Notes: generated from the sequence alone by a model not told the origin. A DNA stretch of 59,536 nt, filler included, from 5 parts of 5 records of this genome joined end to end with filler, not necessarily neighbours in it; one strand, 5' to 3'; counted from the whole stretch's first letter, positions 18,985-29,750 are shown. Program-made: numbers and translations.

Positions 18985-19260
18985 CGCTCCGCCTCAGGTG
19001 TCGGTGACCGGGTCACGGCAGGCGCCGGGGGCCGGCAGTGGCGGCAGCCCGGTGGACCGGACTGGCCGGTGCGGGAGTGCGGCCCCGGCCGGGCCCGGAA
19101 GTGACGGCGCCGCCTTAGTGGGCCCTCCGGCGCCGGGGCGGCCGGCCGGCCGGGCCCGGCGGGCCGGACGGCCACTTGAGGTGCCCACCGGCGCACTGTG
19201 GGCGGGTTCGGGGCGAGCGCCAGTCCCGCGCCGCGGGCGCCGGCGGGACTGGAGGGACCG
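18985..19260. promoter_or_regulatory. GC-rich island upstream of the 1257-aa gene
   Basis: Dense CCGG/GGCC/CGCG sequence starting about 75 bp 5' of the ATG, ending at TCATGA. Confidence 0.55.
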
Positions 19261-19724
19261 ATTCATGATTCAGTACACTGACTCAGACACTGCACAGCGC
19301 GGCGTAGGTCACTTCAGATATCTACCAATAACGAATTATCTCAATGTTGCGAGGAATGATTGCAAAAATGGGAATTGGTCGGAAAATAGCAATCCCGCGA
19401 TCTGAAGTGAGTGTGTTTACAAAGAATACTTCATTCAGTTACTCCGGTCATTGTAAGTCATCGTTCATCCTTGTGCCTCAGTCTGAAAGGCACTGTCGCC
19501 CTTGATCAATTATCAGGAGCCCAAGTGAAGACATGACATGGACATGCATCATATGACAGATTTATATGAAGGGGATTACGCCAGGCCGACCGATCTTCGA
19601 CCAATCAGTATCCTGGCGCGCTCGCCTGTGCCGTGGTTCCCGGCGGAGATCATCGTGTTAATTTGTGATATGTGAAATCCTGCCCTTGCGAGCCACAATT
19701 CTGTATCCATTTCAATGGATCGGG

Positions 19725-21243
19725 TCACAGAACCGGCCCGACCTTGTCGTCAGTTGCATCTTTGGATCTCCGACGGCCCCGCGTGGATTGGAACAAAAGC
19801 ATGTAAATACACATCGGGAGCAACGTCAGATTAGCAGCGGCGAATATGTAGCAGGCCATTTCAAAGTTGAAATATCTCGTCATAACAGCGGACAAGAGGG
19901 GTCCCACCGCCATTCCGATATAGTACATCCATATGAAGAATGCATGTACCTCCGGAACAGTTTGCCCAAACTCCGTCAAGCAATAGGCATCCACCTGCGG
20001 AAGGATTGGTAGGGTGGCCTGATGAGAGGGGTATATATATATAAGGTCCGGATTCATGCCAATTAAGGAGTTGTACACGTACCATATTCACGACTATGCC
20101 CAAAAAGACGGCGGACCCATTGATATAGGGCCATTGGAACAGCCACGGAATGCTGAAACAGGTGCCGGCGGATATGAGAGATGAGGACGCGAGCATCCAC
20201 CACCGGTTGTTGAGCTTGCCAGATATCCACCCCAGGATGTAGGCCGTTAGGAACATGGACAGACTAAGGACAGCAAAGAATGTCGAGGTGTGTACCCTTG
20301 CCGTATGCATGGACACCCCAAGCGCGCGGAGCTCAGGAGCAAGGACCGGCTCCAGCCAGCACAGATTCGCGCCGGCTAGAGCACCCATCAGGCATGCGGG
20401 GAACACCCCGTGGACTCTCAAGGCTCTGAACAACCCGATATTGACGGCAGCGGTAGATTCCCCGGGTGTCTCACTGACGAGGAGATCCTGTCCTTGTTCC
20501 GCCAAGGGACGACTCCCACTTGAACCTACCTGATCCGGTCTCGAGTCTGGAGGGGCGCCGCTGCCACATTCCTCTGCCTTCCCTTCATCGACTTCAACCA
20601 TCTCAACAAAGCCTTCTTTGGCGGCCTCGCGACCCACTTGCACTTCATCGCTCTGAGAGGCGAACACGGTGGCCCCAGCCAGAAGTACGGACGTCAGCAC
20701 CAGTAGAAAAGCCATGATCCCTGCAAGGCCCAAATAGGCCAGACGCGGCCCCCACAGGCCACTGAACAAGGTGCCCAGAATAGGGCCAATTGCTGTCCCT
20801 AAAGGAGAAAAGGCCATGACGATCGCAAAGCACTCATCGCTATTGGCGCCAGTTTTCTGCACAAACTGCGATGTGAAGGAAACAATGCCGGACCACAAGA
20901 ACATGGACGAGACCCCTTGGAGGTATCGACAGGCCCCAAGGAGATATGGACTCGAAGACGCAGCCGGTACTGCGATCACAAGGGTTAAGGACGCCGTGCT
21001 GGCGAGGATGATGGAGCGGCATCCAAACTTCGCGACACCCACGCCCCCGCCATGGAAAGTCAGGACTGCGCCCACAGCGTAGCTCGCGAACACCGCGCCG
21101 GACACCGCGAGGCCATAGCCGTTCTCCTTGAGATAGATGGTGAGGAACGGGGCGGGGAAGGTGTAAGAGCTCGTTTCGACAATGGCCAGCACTGCGGTAA
21201 CACCAAATAGGCAGTAGAGCACGACCTTCTCGGCACGTCGCAT
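19725..21243 (-). CDS. MFS transporter (SLC18B1/VMAT-like), spliced
   Basis: About 12 TM helices; KFGCR and CRYLQG motifs. Intron 20082-20019 (GTACGT...CATCAG) joins ORF 19861..21243 to ORF 19725..20078. A further intron 19742-19701 could move the stop to about 19650. Confidence 0.8.
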
Positions 21244-21429
21244 CTTGCGGGGTCAATAAATGAAGTTTCCACGCAAATACTTCACAGCCGGGCTTTGACT
21301 TAAACAGATGTCCGTTGTCCAATCGCACCGCCCTTGGGGCCCTCATGGGCGCGGGTTAGGTTATATATAGCGGCTATGAACTGACAGTGCGGCTGATTGG
21401 CGGGGATGTGCCACTGTACGGACAGGCTT

Positions 21430-21960
21430 GGCATGGCCGGTGCACAAGTGGCAGAGGTTGGGAGGGGCTCTGACCGGCCGCCGGGGCTGGCAGGCCCCGG
21501 CGTTGACAGTCGCCGGCCGGGCCGCCCCGGCCGGCCTGGGCAGTGGCCAGCGGGCGGCCGCCGCCCGCCCCTGGCCGCCGGGAGTCGGGCCGCCCGGCAC
21601 TGGCCGCGGCGGCCGCCACGCGTGGGCACGACGGCCGGATCCGCCGGGCCGGCCCTGTCGGCGGGGCCGCCGCGGCCCCGGGTGCCGGCCGGGCGGCCTG
21701 GCCGTCGGGGGCCAGTGCACGCTGACGCGCCGGCCTCCGCCCGGGGGCACCCGGAGACGCAGTCAGCCGACCTCACTCACGGGCGCCCGCCGGCCCCGAC
21801 CACCCGGCCGAGAGCGGGCCGGGTCCCGGGGCGGCCCCGCCGGTACCGGGCCCCGGCCCGCTGGGGGGGCCCGCTGGGGGGGCCCGGGCACTGAACCGGC
21901 AGCCGCCGGTTCGCCGGCAAGGATGCGGGCGGCCCGCGGTTCTGGGCATTCCGTCGGTCC
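21430..21960. promoter_or_regulatory. GC-rich island upstream of the MFS gene
   Basis: About 530 bp of near-pure G/C; TATATA at ~21362 lies between the island and the ATG; TCATGATCA at the far edge. Confidence 0.55.
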
Positions 21961-22036
21961 TTATCATGATCAGTGATGAGGGTATCATTTTACTAATAAA
22001 ACGTTTCTCCGGTTAGAACTAAGATAATCATTGTAT

Positions 22037-22136
22037 NNNNNNNNNNNNNNNNNNNNNNNNNNNNNNNNNNNNNNNNNNNNTTAATTAATTAANNNNNNNN
22101 NNNNNNNNNNNNNNNNNNNNNNNNNNNNNNNNNNNN
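22037..22136. other. Artificial contig-joining linker
   Basis: 44 N + TTAATTAATTAA + 44 N. Confidence 0.99.
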
Positions 22137-22243
22137 TACGTAAATTAAACGTACATATACAACCTATTTCTTTTTGGTTGCGTTAGGATAAGCATAATAT
22201 TTATATGTATAGAAAATAAGCGCAAAACCTCCAAAAACCTAAA

Positions 22244-22352
22244 TCCTTCATTTAGAAAAATCGTTCCTCCGTAAAAAAAGAAGCTCCTACCGGGGTAGTT
22301 ACCGCTCCCGAGGAGCTTTTATGATCTCCTGCACACATTGTCACCCTTCCCG
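22244..22352. repeat. Degenerate ~21-bp periodic tract
   Basis: TCC at 22244, 22265, 22285, 22306, 22327 and 22348; contains inverted repeat AAGCTCCT...AGGAGCTT. Confidence 0.5.
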
Positions 22353-22938
22353 CAGGGATAATTAGCTTTTCTGCACTATTATCTGTCCTAGTTTCATTAG
22401 CTCTAGCAAGTAAATCTGCCATAGTAGCTGCGGTAGTTTCGGCGGTAGTTAACTGTTCCATATCAAACATAATTTTCTCTAATTCCTGAGGGTTTTTATT
22501 CCCTAAAGAAGCTAGATCACTTAAATCCTGAATCATATCTGCATGTCCAAAACCCGTGCTAATCTCTTGGGTACGACTTAATAGGTCTTCTCGTTCTCTA
22601 AAAGCAAACCGAAAAGCATTTAACAACTCTTCTCTTAAGGCATAAGCGTCTGGCGACCGTAAGTCCCATTCCTTGCGTGCTTCCTCTCTTCCATAGCGCT
22701 CGCTTACCCAAAGAGATTGTGCATGCCTAAGTGCTCCTGCTCGAACTGGTAAATCTTCCATATAAATTATCCAATTCAAGCCCACAGCTTCCAACGCTCT
22801 TTTATCTTCTTGCGCCCAAACATATAAGTCCTCCGCCTCTTGCAAATAACTATCTACTGGCATGTTTATTCTCTTTACCTCTTCCAATGGTATGCTTTTT
22901 AATAAGCTAAACTTAGTTTCATAATTCTCTTTGCTCAT
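22252..22938 (-). CDS. Bacteroidota helical hypothetical protein, C-terminus possibly replaced
   Basis: MPVDSYLQEAEDL..WA..D, FRFAFR and DMIQDLSDLA motifs. The last ~35 aa come from a 21-bp-periodic, hairpin-forming tract. Confidence 0.65.
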   Translation of the reverse strand: MSKENYETKFSLLKSIPLEEVKRINMPVDSYLQEAEDLYVWAQEDKRALEAVGLNWIIYMEDLPVRAGALRHAQSLWVSERYGREEARKEWDLRSPDAYALREELLNAFRFAFREREDLLSRTQEISTGFGHADMIQDLSDLASLGNKNPQELEKIMFDMEQLTTAETTAATMADLLARANETRTDNSAEKLIIPAGRVTMCAGDHKSSSGAVTTPVGASFFTEERFF

Positions 22939-22991
22939 AATTTACTATTTACAGGGTTACTATTTTACATCATTAATTTTGAAATCCTATT

Positions 22992-25673
22992 TTATCGGGT
23001 TTTGGGGTTAAATTCTTGAGGTGCTGTTTTAGGTTCATTTATAGTTCCATCGGCTCCAGTATCATTATAAATGGTCCATTCGGAAAATGTATAGTCCGTA
23101 TTATTTTTAACAACTGTAGTATTTCGTACAGCACGTCCATCTTCAAATTCGTGATTGGTGCCCGAGCCATCCTCTCCAGGAACACCAAATACATCTACCA
23201 CCTTCCCATTTCCATCTACCAGATGCATAGTATCATCACCATTAGAATCTGCTGCACCGCCAGTACCCCCTTCTAAATCTGGCGGAAAACCATAAACCAC
23301 TTCAAAAGAGAGCGCATCTGCCGCAATTACAAAAGCACTTAAGGGCGCCATAGTATATCCTGTTAAATCAATAACACTTCTTGCGGTAAATTCGGTATTA
23401 GAATTTGTATACCTACGTAAGCTCCAGCCCGACAAACTAACAGGCTCACTACCTGCATTAAAAAGTTCTATAAATCGCATATTTGTGGTAGTGTTACTAT
23501 TATCTGGGTCGGCTATTTCTGAAATTAAAATACTAGTACTCGTGTTTTTTAACGAACAATCTTCGTAACTATCTGTAAACTGAAAATCCATTGCATCTCT
23601 AACATATAAATTGTTGCCAAAGGGAATTCCTACTACATTTCCACGACCTTTTACCACCGAGGCATTGGAAAAAGTAGCTGTTTTTGAAATGGAAATAATA
23701 AATTGATCCTCACAGTTAGTCAATTCATTTTCTCCTCCGTAAGTTGAATTAAGATCTTTAAACTGAAAATTATTTATTTGTACTAATTTATTTTGATAGT
23801 TCCCCGTTAAAAACGCCTCTAAGCCTATTATTTCTGGCTGAATTGTATTTCCATCAACACTACTTAAAATATGTTCCGAAGTAATCTTTGTTAGCAAGAA
23901 TCCATTTTTATTCTTTTTTATACGCAAACCTCGTAAAGCAATTTCTATTTTAGAATTTACCTTTAATTGATGCGGAGCATCAAACTCCAATTCAATTCCA
24001 ACATCTCCACTTTGCATTATAGCCTTAGTTTCTTCAAGGTTTAATGTTGAATAATTGGAGGTAATTATCCCTCTAATTTTTATGTTTTCTACTATCTCTT
24101 CGGAAGTCTCTCCAAACCCCATTAATAAAGTTTCCAGACTAATTTCGGTAGCGTTTTGTAATACATTACACCTTTCGGTATTCATTTGTAAAACATCCTC
24201 TAGACTTCGGATGCGTAATTGATACTTTTTATCATATTGTAAAATACCAATAATGATTCCATTTTCTTGAGGTAGAAGCGAATCTCCATTTTTAAATCTT
24301 CTAGAAGTAGAAACAAAGATTTCATTTGCAAAACAATCGGTTACTGCGCTTTTAGTGTCCTTATTACTAACTACAAAAGTTGACTCTTTTATAAATTGCA
24401 CCGAAGCAATAGCCACCAAGCTCCCAAGGTCTTTTTCTGAAATAGCATTTATTTCAATAGCTTTTGGAGTTACATGCTGCGTCTCTTCTCCTAGATAAAA
24501 AAAGCGATAAAAATCTTCCTCTTGAATGCCAGAAAACGCATCGTCCTTCAAAACCCCTAAAACAAATTCTCCATCTACCTTATGAAGTGTTATTCCATTA
24601 ACCGCAATAGTTATTTCATGATTCAATTGAAAAGTTTCAAAAAGAGCTATTTCCTCAATTTTAATATTAATTCCACCCGACTCATCTTGTACATATATTT
24701 CCTTATAAAAATTCCCCGAACTATCATTAGCAGTAATTACACCCTTAATAACCAAAGACTCTTTTAATGTTATTGAGGTTTCTTTATACATTTCTTTAAT
24801 GGATTGGATAGTGGTATTTGCTATAGGCGTTTCACAATAATATTCAATACCTCTACAGCGTACATTATTCATTTTAACATCCTCTAAATCTCTAACGGTA
24901 AGGATATAATTGTTTTGATTTCTTGTTAAAACCCCTGTAATAGTTCCATTTCCAAGAGGCAATAATGCGGCTTGAAAATCTGCAAATCCGCTATTCTCCA
25001 TAAATACTTCATTGCCTTCGCAATCTTTTAAAATATGCGTTTTAGCTTTTTGAGGTTCAGCATAGGTACTGCATAAGCTAGCGGGAGTTAGCTCTACATT
25101 TTGCAAGGTTACCAAGGTGTTTACCATGGTAGAATCTAATTCTGAAATTAAATATTTCTTTGGAGTAATTACCGAAACAGCATCACAGGAAACTAAAATA
25201 TGCTCGTTAATTTTTGTAGCTGGCAACCTCCCTACAGATAAATTTCCGAAAGCCGAAAAGGTTCCACCCAGTTTAAATGTCCCTTTATTGTTATCTAAAT
25301 AGAGTCCTTTTAAATTGAGGTATATTTTTTGACCCATAGGATAAAACAAATATAAATCCTGTAGATCCAGTTCTAACTGAAAACCTTGCGTTGGATTGCT
25401 TTGATGGTTTTGAAAATGTATACTTCCGAAGAAATTTCCAGTCAGATCTGAAGAGTTTATATATCCTTCAATAATAAGTTCCTCTTGAATTTGTAAAACT
25501 TCTCCCTTATAAAGTACTTTTACTGCTTCAAAAGTTATATTAACGGTAGGCATTTCTCCTATGCAACTATCTTTTGGAGGCGTGTACTCATCATCCGCTA
25601 CACACGCAAAAATCAGCATCAAAGTAATGCTAATAAAAGAACTAAAAGCTATTATTCTCTTTAGATTTTGCAT
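22992..25673 (-). CDS. Surface lipoprotein with three DUF5689-like (OB-fold) repeats and a C-terminal lamin-tail domain
   Basis: Lipobox IFAC; three units (IEGYINSSDLTGNF, IKGVITANDSSGNF, IRGIITSNYSTLNL); LTD motif ILISEIADP...FIELFNAG...LSGWSL. Confidence 0.8.
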   Translation of the reverse strand: MQNLKRIIAFSSFISITLMLIFACVADDEYTPPKDSCIGEMPTVNITFEAVKVLYKGEVLQIQEELIIEGYINSSDLTGNFFGSIHFQNHQSNPTQGFQLELDLQDLYLFYPMGQKIYLNLKGLYLDNNKGTFKLGGTFSAFGNLSVGRLPATKINEHILVSCDAVSVITPKKYLISELDSTMVNTLVTLQNVELTPASLCSTYAEPQKAKTHILKDCEGNEVFMENSGFADFQAALLPLGNGTITGVLTRNQNNYILTVRDLEDVKMNNVRCRGIEYYCETPIANTTIQSIKEMYKETSITLKESLVIKGVITANDSSGNFYKEIYVQDESGGINIKIEEIALFETFQLNHEITIAVNGITLHKVDGEFVLGVLKDDAFSGIQEEDFYRFFYLGEETQHVTPKAIEINAISEKDLGSLVAIASVQFIKESTFVVSNKDTKSAVTDCFANEIFVSTSRRFKNGDSLLPQENGIIIGILQYDKKYQLRIRSLEDVLQMNTERCNVLQNATEISLETLLMGFGETSEEIVENIKIRGIITSNYSTLNLEETKAIMQSGDVGIELEFDAPHQLKVNSKIEIALRGLRIKKNKNGFLLTKITSEHILSSVDGNTIQPEIIGLEAFLTGNYQNKLVQINNFQFKDLNSTYGGENELTNCEDQFIISISKTATFSNASVVKGRGNVVGIPFGNNLYVRDAMDFQFTDSYEDCSLKNTSTSILISEIADPDNSNTTTNMRFIELFNAGSEPVSLSGWSLRRYTNSNTEFTARSVIDLTGYTMAPLSAFVIAADALSFEVVYGFPPDLEGGTGGAADSNGDDTMHLVDGNGKVVDVFGVPGEDGSGTNHEFEDGRAVRNTTVVKNNTDYTFSEWTIYNDTGADGTINEPKTAPQEFNPKTR

Positions 25674-25674
25674 C

Positions 25675-27831
25675 TTAAAAACTTATTGCAAGGTTTACAA
25701 AATAGGTTCTTCCGTAGCCGTACCAATACTTATTTCCAAACTGCGGAGCACCGCGCTGCACATCTATAAATGCTTGTCCGAAATTTGCATTTCTACTCTG
25801 CTCATATCCGCCGCTTTTATAAGTAACATCAAAAACATTGTTAATACTGGCAAACAGACTTACATATCTCTTGTAAATACGCCACGATTTTCCTCCAGTA
25901 AGATTTAATAAGTAAATAGGGGTTAATCGTTCTTGAGTTAAAAGCATAGCCACTTGCTCTTCAGAAGCATTTGGAAAAGTACCTCCCTCTGGATTTTGCA
26001 AGAAACTTTCGGTTCTTTTAATTGCTGAAATATCTATATAATTATCTGCCAAATAATTACCAGTTATTCCTACCCACCAATATTTACTGCTCCTATAATC
26101 TACCCCGATTGAATATGCTTTTTGCGGTCCAACAGCTAGTTTATAATCTTTAATATTAGTTTTTCCTAAATCTAAAGTCCCTATCAAATTAATTAAATCA
26201 TCCTCGGCGCCAACCGTATCAAAATTGATACTTACCTCTGCATTTTTGGAATAGCTATAATCTCCATAGGATGCCACCGCAGAAAGTTTAATTTCTGAAG
26301 TAGCTTGGTAGGCAAACCCGAGTTCTCCACCATAATGTAATTTTTCAATATTGGTAACTACCTCCTGTACAAAATCGCTCCCAACCCCAGCATCTACATA
26401 GAAATAATTAATATCAGTGGCATTTTTAAATTCAGTATAATAGCCTGTTAGTCGCATTGTAATTTCTGGCAAGTTTAAATGATAAGAGAAAGATGCCGAA
26501 GTGCTAATTTCCGACTGTAAGCTATCCACCACTTTATTATTCTCTCTTGAATTAATAAAGCTATTTTGAAGAGTTGGAGCGCTCGTTATATATGCTCCCA
26601 TCCCATTAATTGAATGTCGGTTATTTAATTTGAATGTAAATCCGGCTTTAACTCCATAATTAGAAAAAGACAACGCTTCACTTTTCCCTTCTGAAGTTAA
26701 CGGAAATCGCTCATTTAAAAACAACCCTTCTCTTTGATAAGAGGTATTTGAGGTTTTACCTGAAATAAAAAAGGCAAGTTTTTCAAACTGAAAATTCCCT
26801 TGCAAAAAAGCTTCATATTGACTGGAAACAATGTTATAGTTATACCCCATTCTATCGCCTTCAGTTTTATTTAAAGTACCATTTGCATCATTTTTAGTAT
26901 TAGAAAACGGATCGATATCTTCATGAAATTGCGCGCCCAATAAATCTGCTAACAACCCGTAGTTTTCAGAATTTGAACTTAAATACCTAAAACCTGTATC
27001 TAGTTTAAAAAACTCATTGAATGTATAATTTGCATTTATATTTACGGATATCAAGTTTTCTTCCGTAGCATCATTATATAATACATAAGAGCTTTTCCCA
27101 TTATTTGTTTCTGAAAGATTTGCACTATATAAACTATTCCAATGTATTTGAGGATCATTTATAAAACCTTCTTTTGCTAAGTTGGCATTCTCAAAATTAG
27201 CCTCCGAAGGATTATTAATATAAAAGCTTGGTAAATAGCGGTAATAATCTGGATTAGGACTCGGCGCATTGTAATACCCTAAACGACTACTAGTTAAGAT
27301 CCCGAATTGATAAGCAGCACCCAACTTAACGCTTAATTTATCGCCTAAATATTCATAATTAAACATAAAAATAGGCTCTTCAATTTCTCGTATTCTAGAA
27401 TTTCTACGCTCCCCCTCTTGAGTTCCCCAATAGGGGTTATATTTCCGACCTACTAATTCAAAAACCTCATTTGTTACAGCAGAAGACTTCCCTCTTCTAT
27501 TGGGGGTATAAAACCCTGTGAAGTATAGCGTGTGCTGTGCATTAGGCTGATATCCTATAGCGCCAAAAACTGAATATGCGTCGTATAGCGTCCCATCAAT
27601 ATAACCTTCTTTAGTAATTTTTAATACATACGTTCCTGCTAAAATATTTTCTAAGCTGAAGTAACCATCTGCCAAAGATTGTATTTTATGAAATGAATCT
27701 TCTATTTCTATTGATGCTCCGTTTACAGGGAGATTAGTGCGAGCGTCAAAGAGAGAACCCTCCACCTTATTTTCTTGAGAAGCTAGCGTCTCAAATAGCA
27801 AACATATAAGTATAAAAACTCCAGATCTCAT
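25675..27831 (-). CDS. TonB-dependent-receptor-like barrel, apparently lacking its plug (in-frame deletion)
   Basis: Signal peptide, carboxypeptidase-regulatory-like domain, then directly barrel strands; C-terminal GYGRTYFVNLAISF; only 718 aa. Confidence 0.75.
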   Translation of the reverse strand: MRSGVFILICLLFETLASQENKVEGSLFDARTNLPVNGASIEIEDSFHKIQSLADGYFSLENILAGTYVLKITKEGYIDGTLYDAYSVFGAIGYQPNAQHTLYFTGFYTPNRRGKSSAVTNEVFELVGRKYNPYWGTQEGERRNSRIREIEEPIFMFNYEYLGDKLSVKLGAAYQFGILTSSRLGYYNAPSPNPDYYRYLPSFYINNPSEANFENANLAKEGFINDPQIHWNSLYSANLSETNNGKSSYVLYNDATEENLISVNINANYTFNEFFKLDTGFRYLSSNSENYGLLADLLGAQFHEDIDPFSNTKNDANGTLNKTEGDRMGYNYNIVSSQYEAFLQGNFQFEKLAFFISGKTSNTSYQREGLFLNERFPLTSEGKSEALSFSNYGVKAGFTFKLNNRHSINGMGAYITSAPTLQNSFINSRENNKVVDSLQSEISTSASFSYHLNLPEITMRLTGYYTEFKNATDINYFYVDAGVGSDFVQEVVTNIEKLHYGGELGFAYQATSEIKLSAVASYGDYSYSKNAEVSINFDTVGAEDDLINLIGTLDLGKTNIKDYKLAVGPQKAYSIGVDYRSSKYWWVGITGNYLADNYIDISAIKRTESFLQNPEGGTFPNASEEQVAMLLTQERLTPIYLLNLTGGKSWRIYKRYVSLFASINNVFDVTYKSGGYEQSRNANFGQAFIDVQRGAPQFGNKYWYGYGRTYFVNLAISF

Positions 27832-27979
27832 TGGTTAGGATTTACTTATTTCAAAGAAGACTAAAAACACCAACCTCTATGCGTATAATACTATATAACA
27901 TAAGGGCTTAATAAATTAGTAGTTGACCAATATACAAATAAATAAAGTATATTTACTACAGTTAAATAGAAAATAAAAC

Positions 27980-29029
27980 ATGAAGATATTGATTGTATTA
28001 ATATGTATTAGCGTATGTTCAATAATACATAGTCAAGAAAACGATTATAATATTGAATCTATAGTGTTTTATAATGTAGAAAATTTGTACGATACTTTAA
28101 ACGACACGCTAACTTTTGATGATGACAGAACCCCAGACGGAAAATACCAATGGAATCTAGATAAATATACGCTCAAAATAGCGCAAATTGCCAAGACATT
28201 AAAAGCTTTAAATAACGACACCTATATTGCTACTCCAACAATTATTGGTCTTGCTGAAATAGAAAACATCAAGGTTTTAACCGATTTAAAAAACCACGAA
28301 GACTTGTTAGCTAGCAATTATGGAATTATCCATGAAGACTCCCCAGATGAACGTGGAATTGATGTGGCATTACTTTATAAAAAGGATAGCTTTATACCGA
28401 ATACGATACATAGCAGGCGACTCATAATTTATAATGAAAAAGGTTTTAGAGATTACACTAGAGACCAACTTGTAGTTGATGGCTACCTACATGGAACATA
28501 TTTTTGCTTTATAGTAAACCATTGGCCATCTAGAAGTGGAGGAGTACAAAGAAGCAAACCTTTTAGAGAAGCCGCCGCTAGGCTAAATAAGCAAATTATA
28601 GATTCGGTTTCTAGAAAACATCCAAAAATAAAAATTATTAGTATGGGCGATTTTAACGATAATCCAACTGATAATTCATTTAAAAATATCCTAAGAACAA
28701 AAGGAAATAAAGTAATTCAAGAAGAGCCATATCTCTACAATCCAATGGAAAAGATCTACAAAAAAGGAATTGGTTCTTTAGCGTATCAAGATAAGTGGAG
28801 TTTATTTGATCAGATTTATTTTACCTCGAATTTATTAGAAGATAATAATGGGTATCGATTTTGGAAAGCAGGAGTCTATGCGCCTAACTATTTAAAAACA
28901 AAAACTGGAAAATACAAAGGATATCCATTGAGAAGCTATGCTTCTGGCGTTTACTACGCCGGATATTCTGACCATTTTCCAGTTTATATCTATTTGGTAA
29001 GAAAGTTAACTATTAATAAAAGTGAATAG
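27980..29029 (+). CDS. Secreted endonuclease/exonuclease/phosphatase (EEP) family protein
   Basis: Signal peptide; FYNVENLYD, GLAEIEN, NHWPSR, MGDFND, FDQI and YSDHFPV catalytic motifs. Confidence 0.92.
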   Translation: MKILIVLICISVCSIIHSQENDYNIESIVFYNVENLYDTLNDTLTFDDDRTPDGKYQWNLDKYTLKIAQIAKTLKALNNDTYIATPTIIGLAEIENIKVLTDLKNHEDLLASNYGIIHEDSPDERGIDVALLYKKDSFIPNTIHSRRLIIYNEKGFRDYTRDQLVVDGYLHGTYFCFIVNHWPSRSGGVQRSKPFREAAARLNKQIIDSVSRKHPKIKIISMGDFNDNPTDNSFKNILRTKGNKVIQEEPYLYNPMEKIYKKGIGSLAYQDKWSLFDQIYFTSNLLEDNNGYRFWKAGVYAPNYLKTKTGKYKGYPLRSYASGVYYAGYSDHFPVYIYLVRKLTINKSE

Positions 29030-29147
29030 CTAGTGTGTTATGTACTTTTTAGTATTTCGTTTATTAGGACTGTTTAGGATCTTAAAGACAACCCTTCGAC
29101 AAGCTCAGGGCTACAGTCAACACTAAATTATTGTAACACAGCACTAG
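29030..29147. mobile_element. Small MITE-like element with imperfect terminal inverted repeats, containing a REP-like motif
   Basis: Left end CTAGTGTGTTA, right end TAACACAGCACTAG; internal CCCTTCGACAAGCTCAGGG (29092-29110); sits between convergent genes. Confidence 0.6.
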
Positions 29148-29201
29148 TTAAACTTATGTAACTCTTAATTTCCAACCTTTAATTGCTTAGGAACAGCGTT
29201 C

Positions 29202-29636
29202 TTAATCGAACCAAAGCATATAAGGTATTCTAAGTAAAATAAGGAAAAGTCCGATTCCGTAGAATAAAGCAATTTTTCCAAATTTTCTTTTAGAAGTAGT
29301 TTCTTTTTTATGTTTACTCCACCCAATAGTAATTAAAGCAATAGCAATAATGTTAGTAAAAGGATGCTCTACAAGCACTAATCTTAGGAGACTATCACTC
29401 ATAACGCCCCCTGTTTGCCATGAAGCAAATCTAGGAGAAACGAAATAAAGCACGAGTCCTATTAGAAGTTGAATATGCGAAAATATTAGTGCAAAAAGAC
29501 TAACTCTAAGATCCTTAGCCATGCTAAAATCTTTATTTTTAAAATAACCTACCATAGCATTTAGAACTGCTATAACAAGTACTAAAAGGGTGAAATATGC
29601 CCAATATGAGTGTAAAACATTAACTGTTGAATACAT
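29202..29636 (-). CDS. Conserved four-TM membrane protein with His residues (cytochrome-b-like, function unknown)
   Basis: LHSYWAY, SHIQLLIGL, VEHP and LRIP motifs. Confidence 0.75.
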   Translation of the reverse strand: MYSTVNVLHSYWAYFTLLVLVIAVLNAMVGYFKNKDFSMAKDLRVSLFALIFSHIQLLIGLVLYFVSPRFASWQTGGVMSDSLLRLVLVEHPFTNIIAIALITIGWSKHKKETTSKRKFGKIALFYGIGLFLILLRIPYMLWFD

Positions 29637-29660
29637 GAATGAGATTGTTTAGTTTGTATT

Positions 29661-29668
29661 CAAAAATA
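29661..29668 (-). promoter_or_regulatory. Bacteroidota -7 promoter element
   Basis: TATTTTTG on the minus strand matches TAnnTTTG, about 25 bp upstream of ATG 29636. Confidence 0.55.
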
Positions 29669-29702
29669 CACATTATAGCTGATAAATTTCCAGAAAAGGC
29701 AT

Positions 29703-29729
29703 AAAAAAACCCCGCAAATTGCGGGGTTT
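29703..29729 (-). terminator. Rho-independent terminator of the TonB receptor gene
   Basis: AAACCCCGC-AAATT-GCGGGGTTT hairpin followed by a T7 run on the minus strand, about 20 bp after the stop. Confidence 0.85.
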
Positions 29730-29750
29730 AATTTTTATAATAAGATCTTA

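Noticed and set aside
21353-21364. Telomeric GGGTTA repeat
   Set aside because: Fewer than two full units and located internally.
21300-21988. Pro/Arg/Gly/Ala-rich ORFs in GC islands (also 32385-33029, 47927-48954, 50594-51084, 56937-57907)
   Set aside because: Open in many frames at once simply because stop codons are rare at extreme GC.
22244-22352. CRISPR array
   Set aside because: Only a 3-4-nt core recurs, there is no repeat-spacer structure, and no cas genes. No CRISPR array was seen anywhere in the window.
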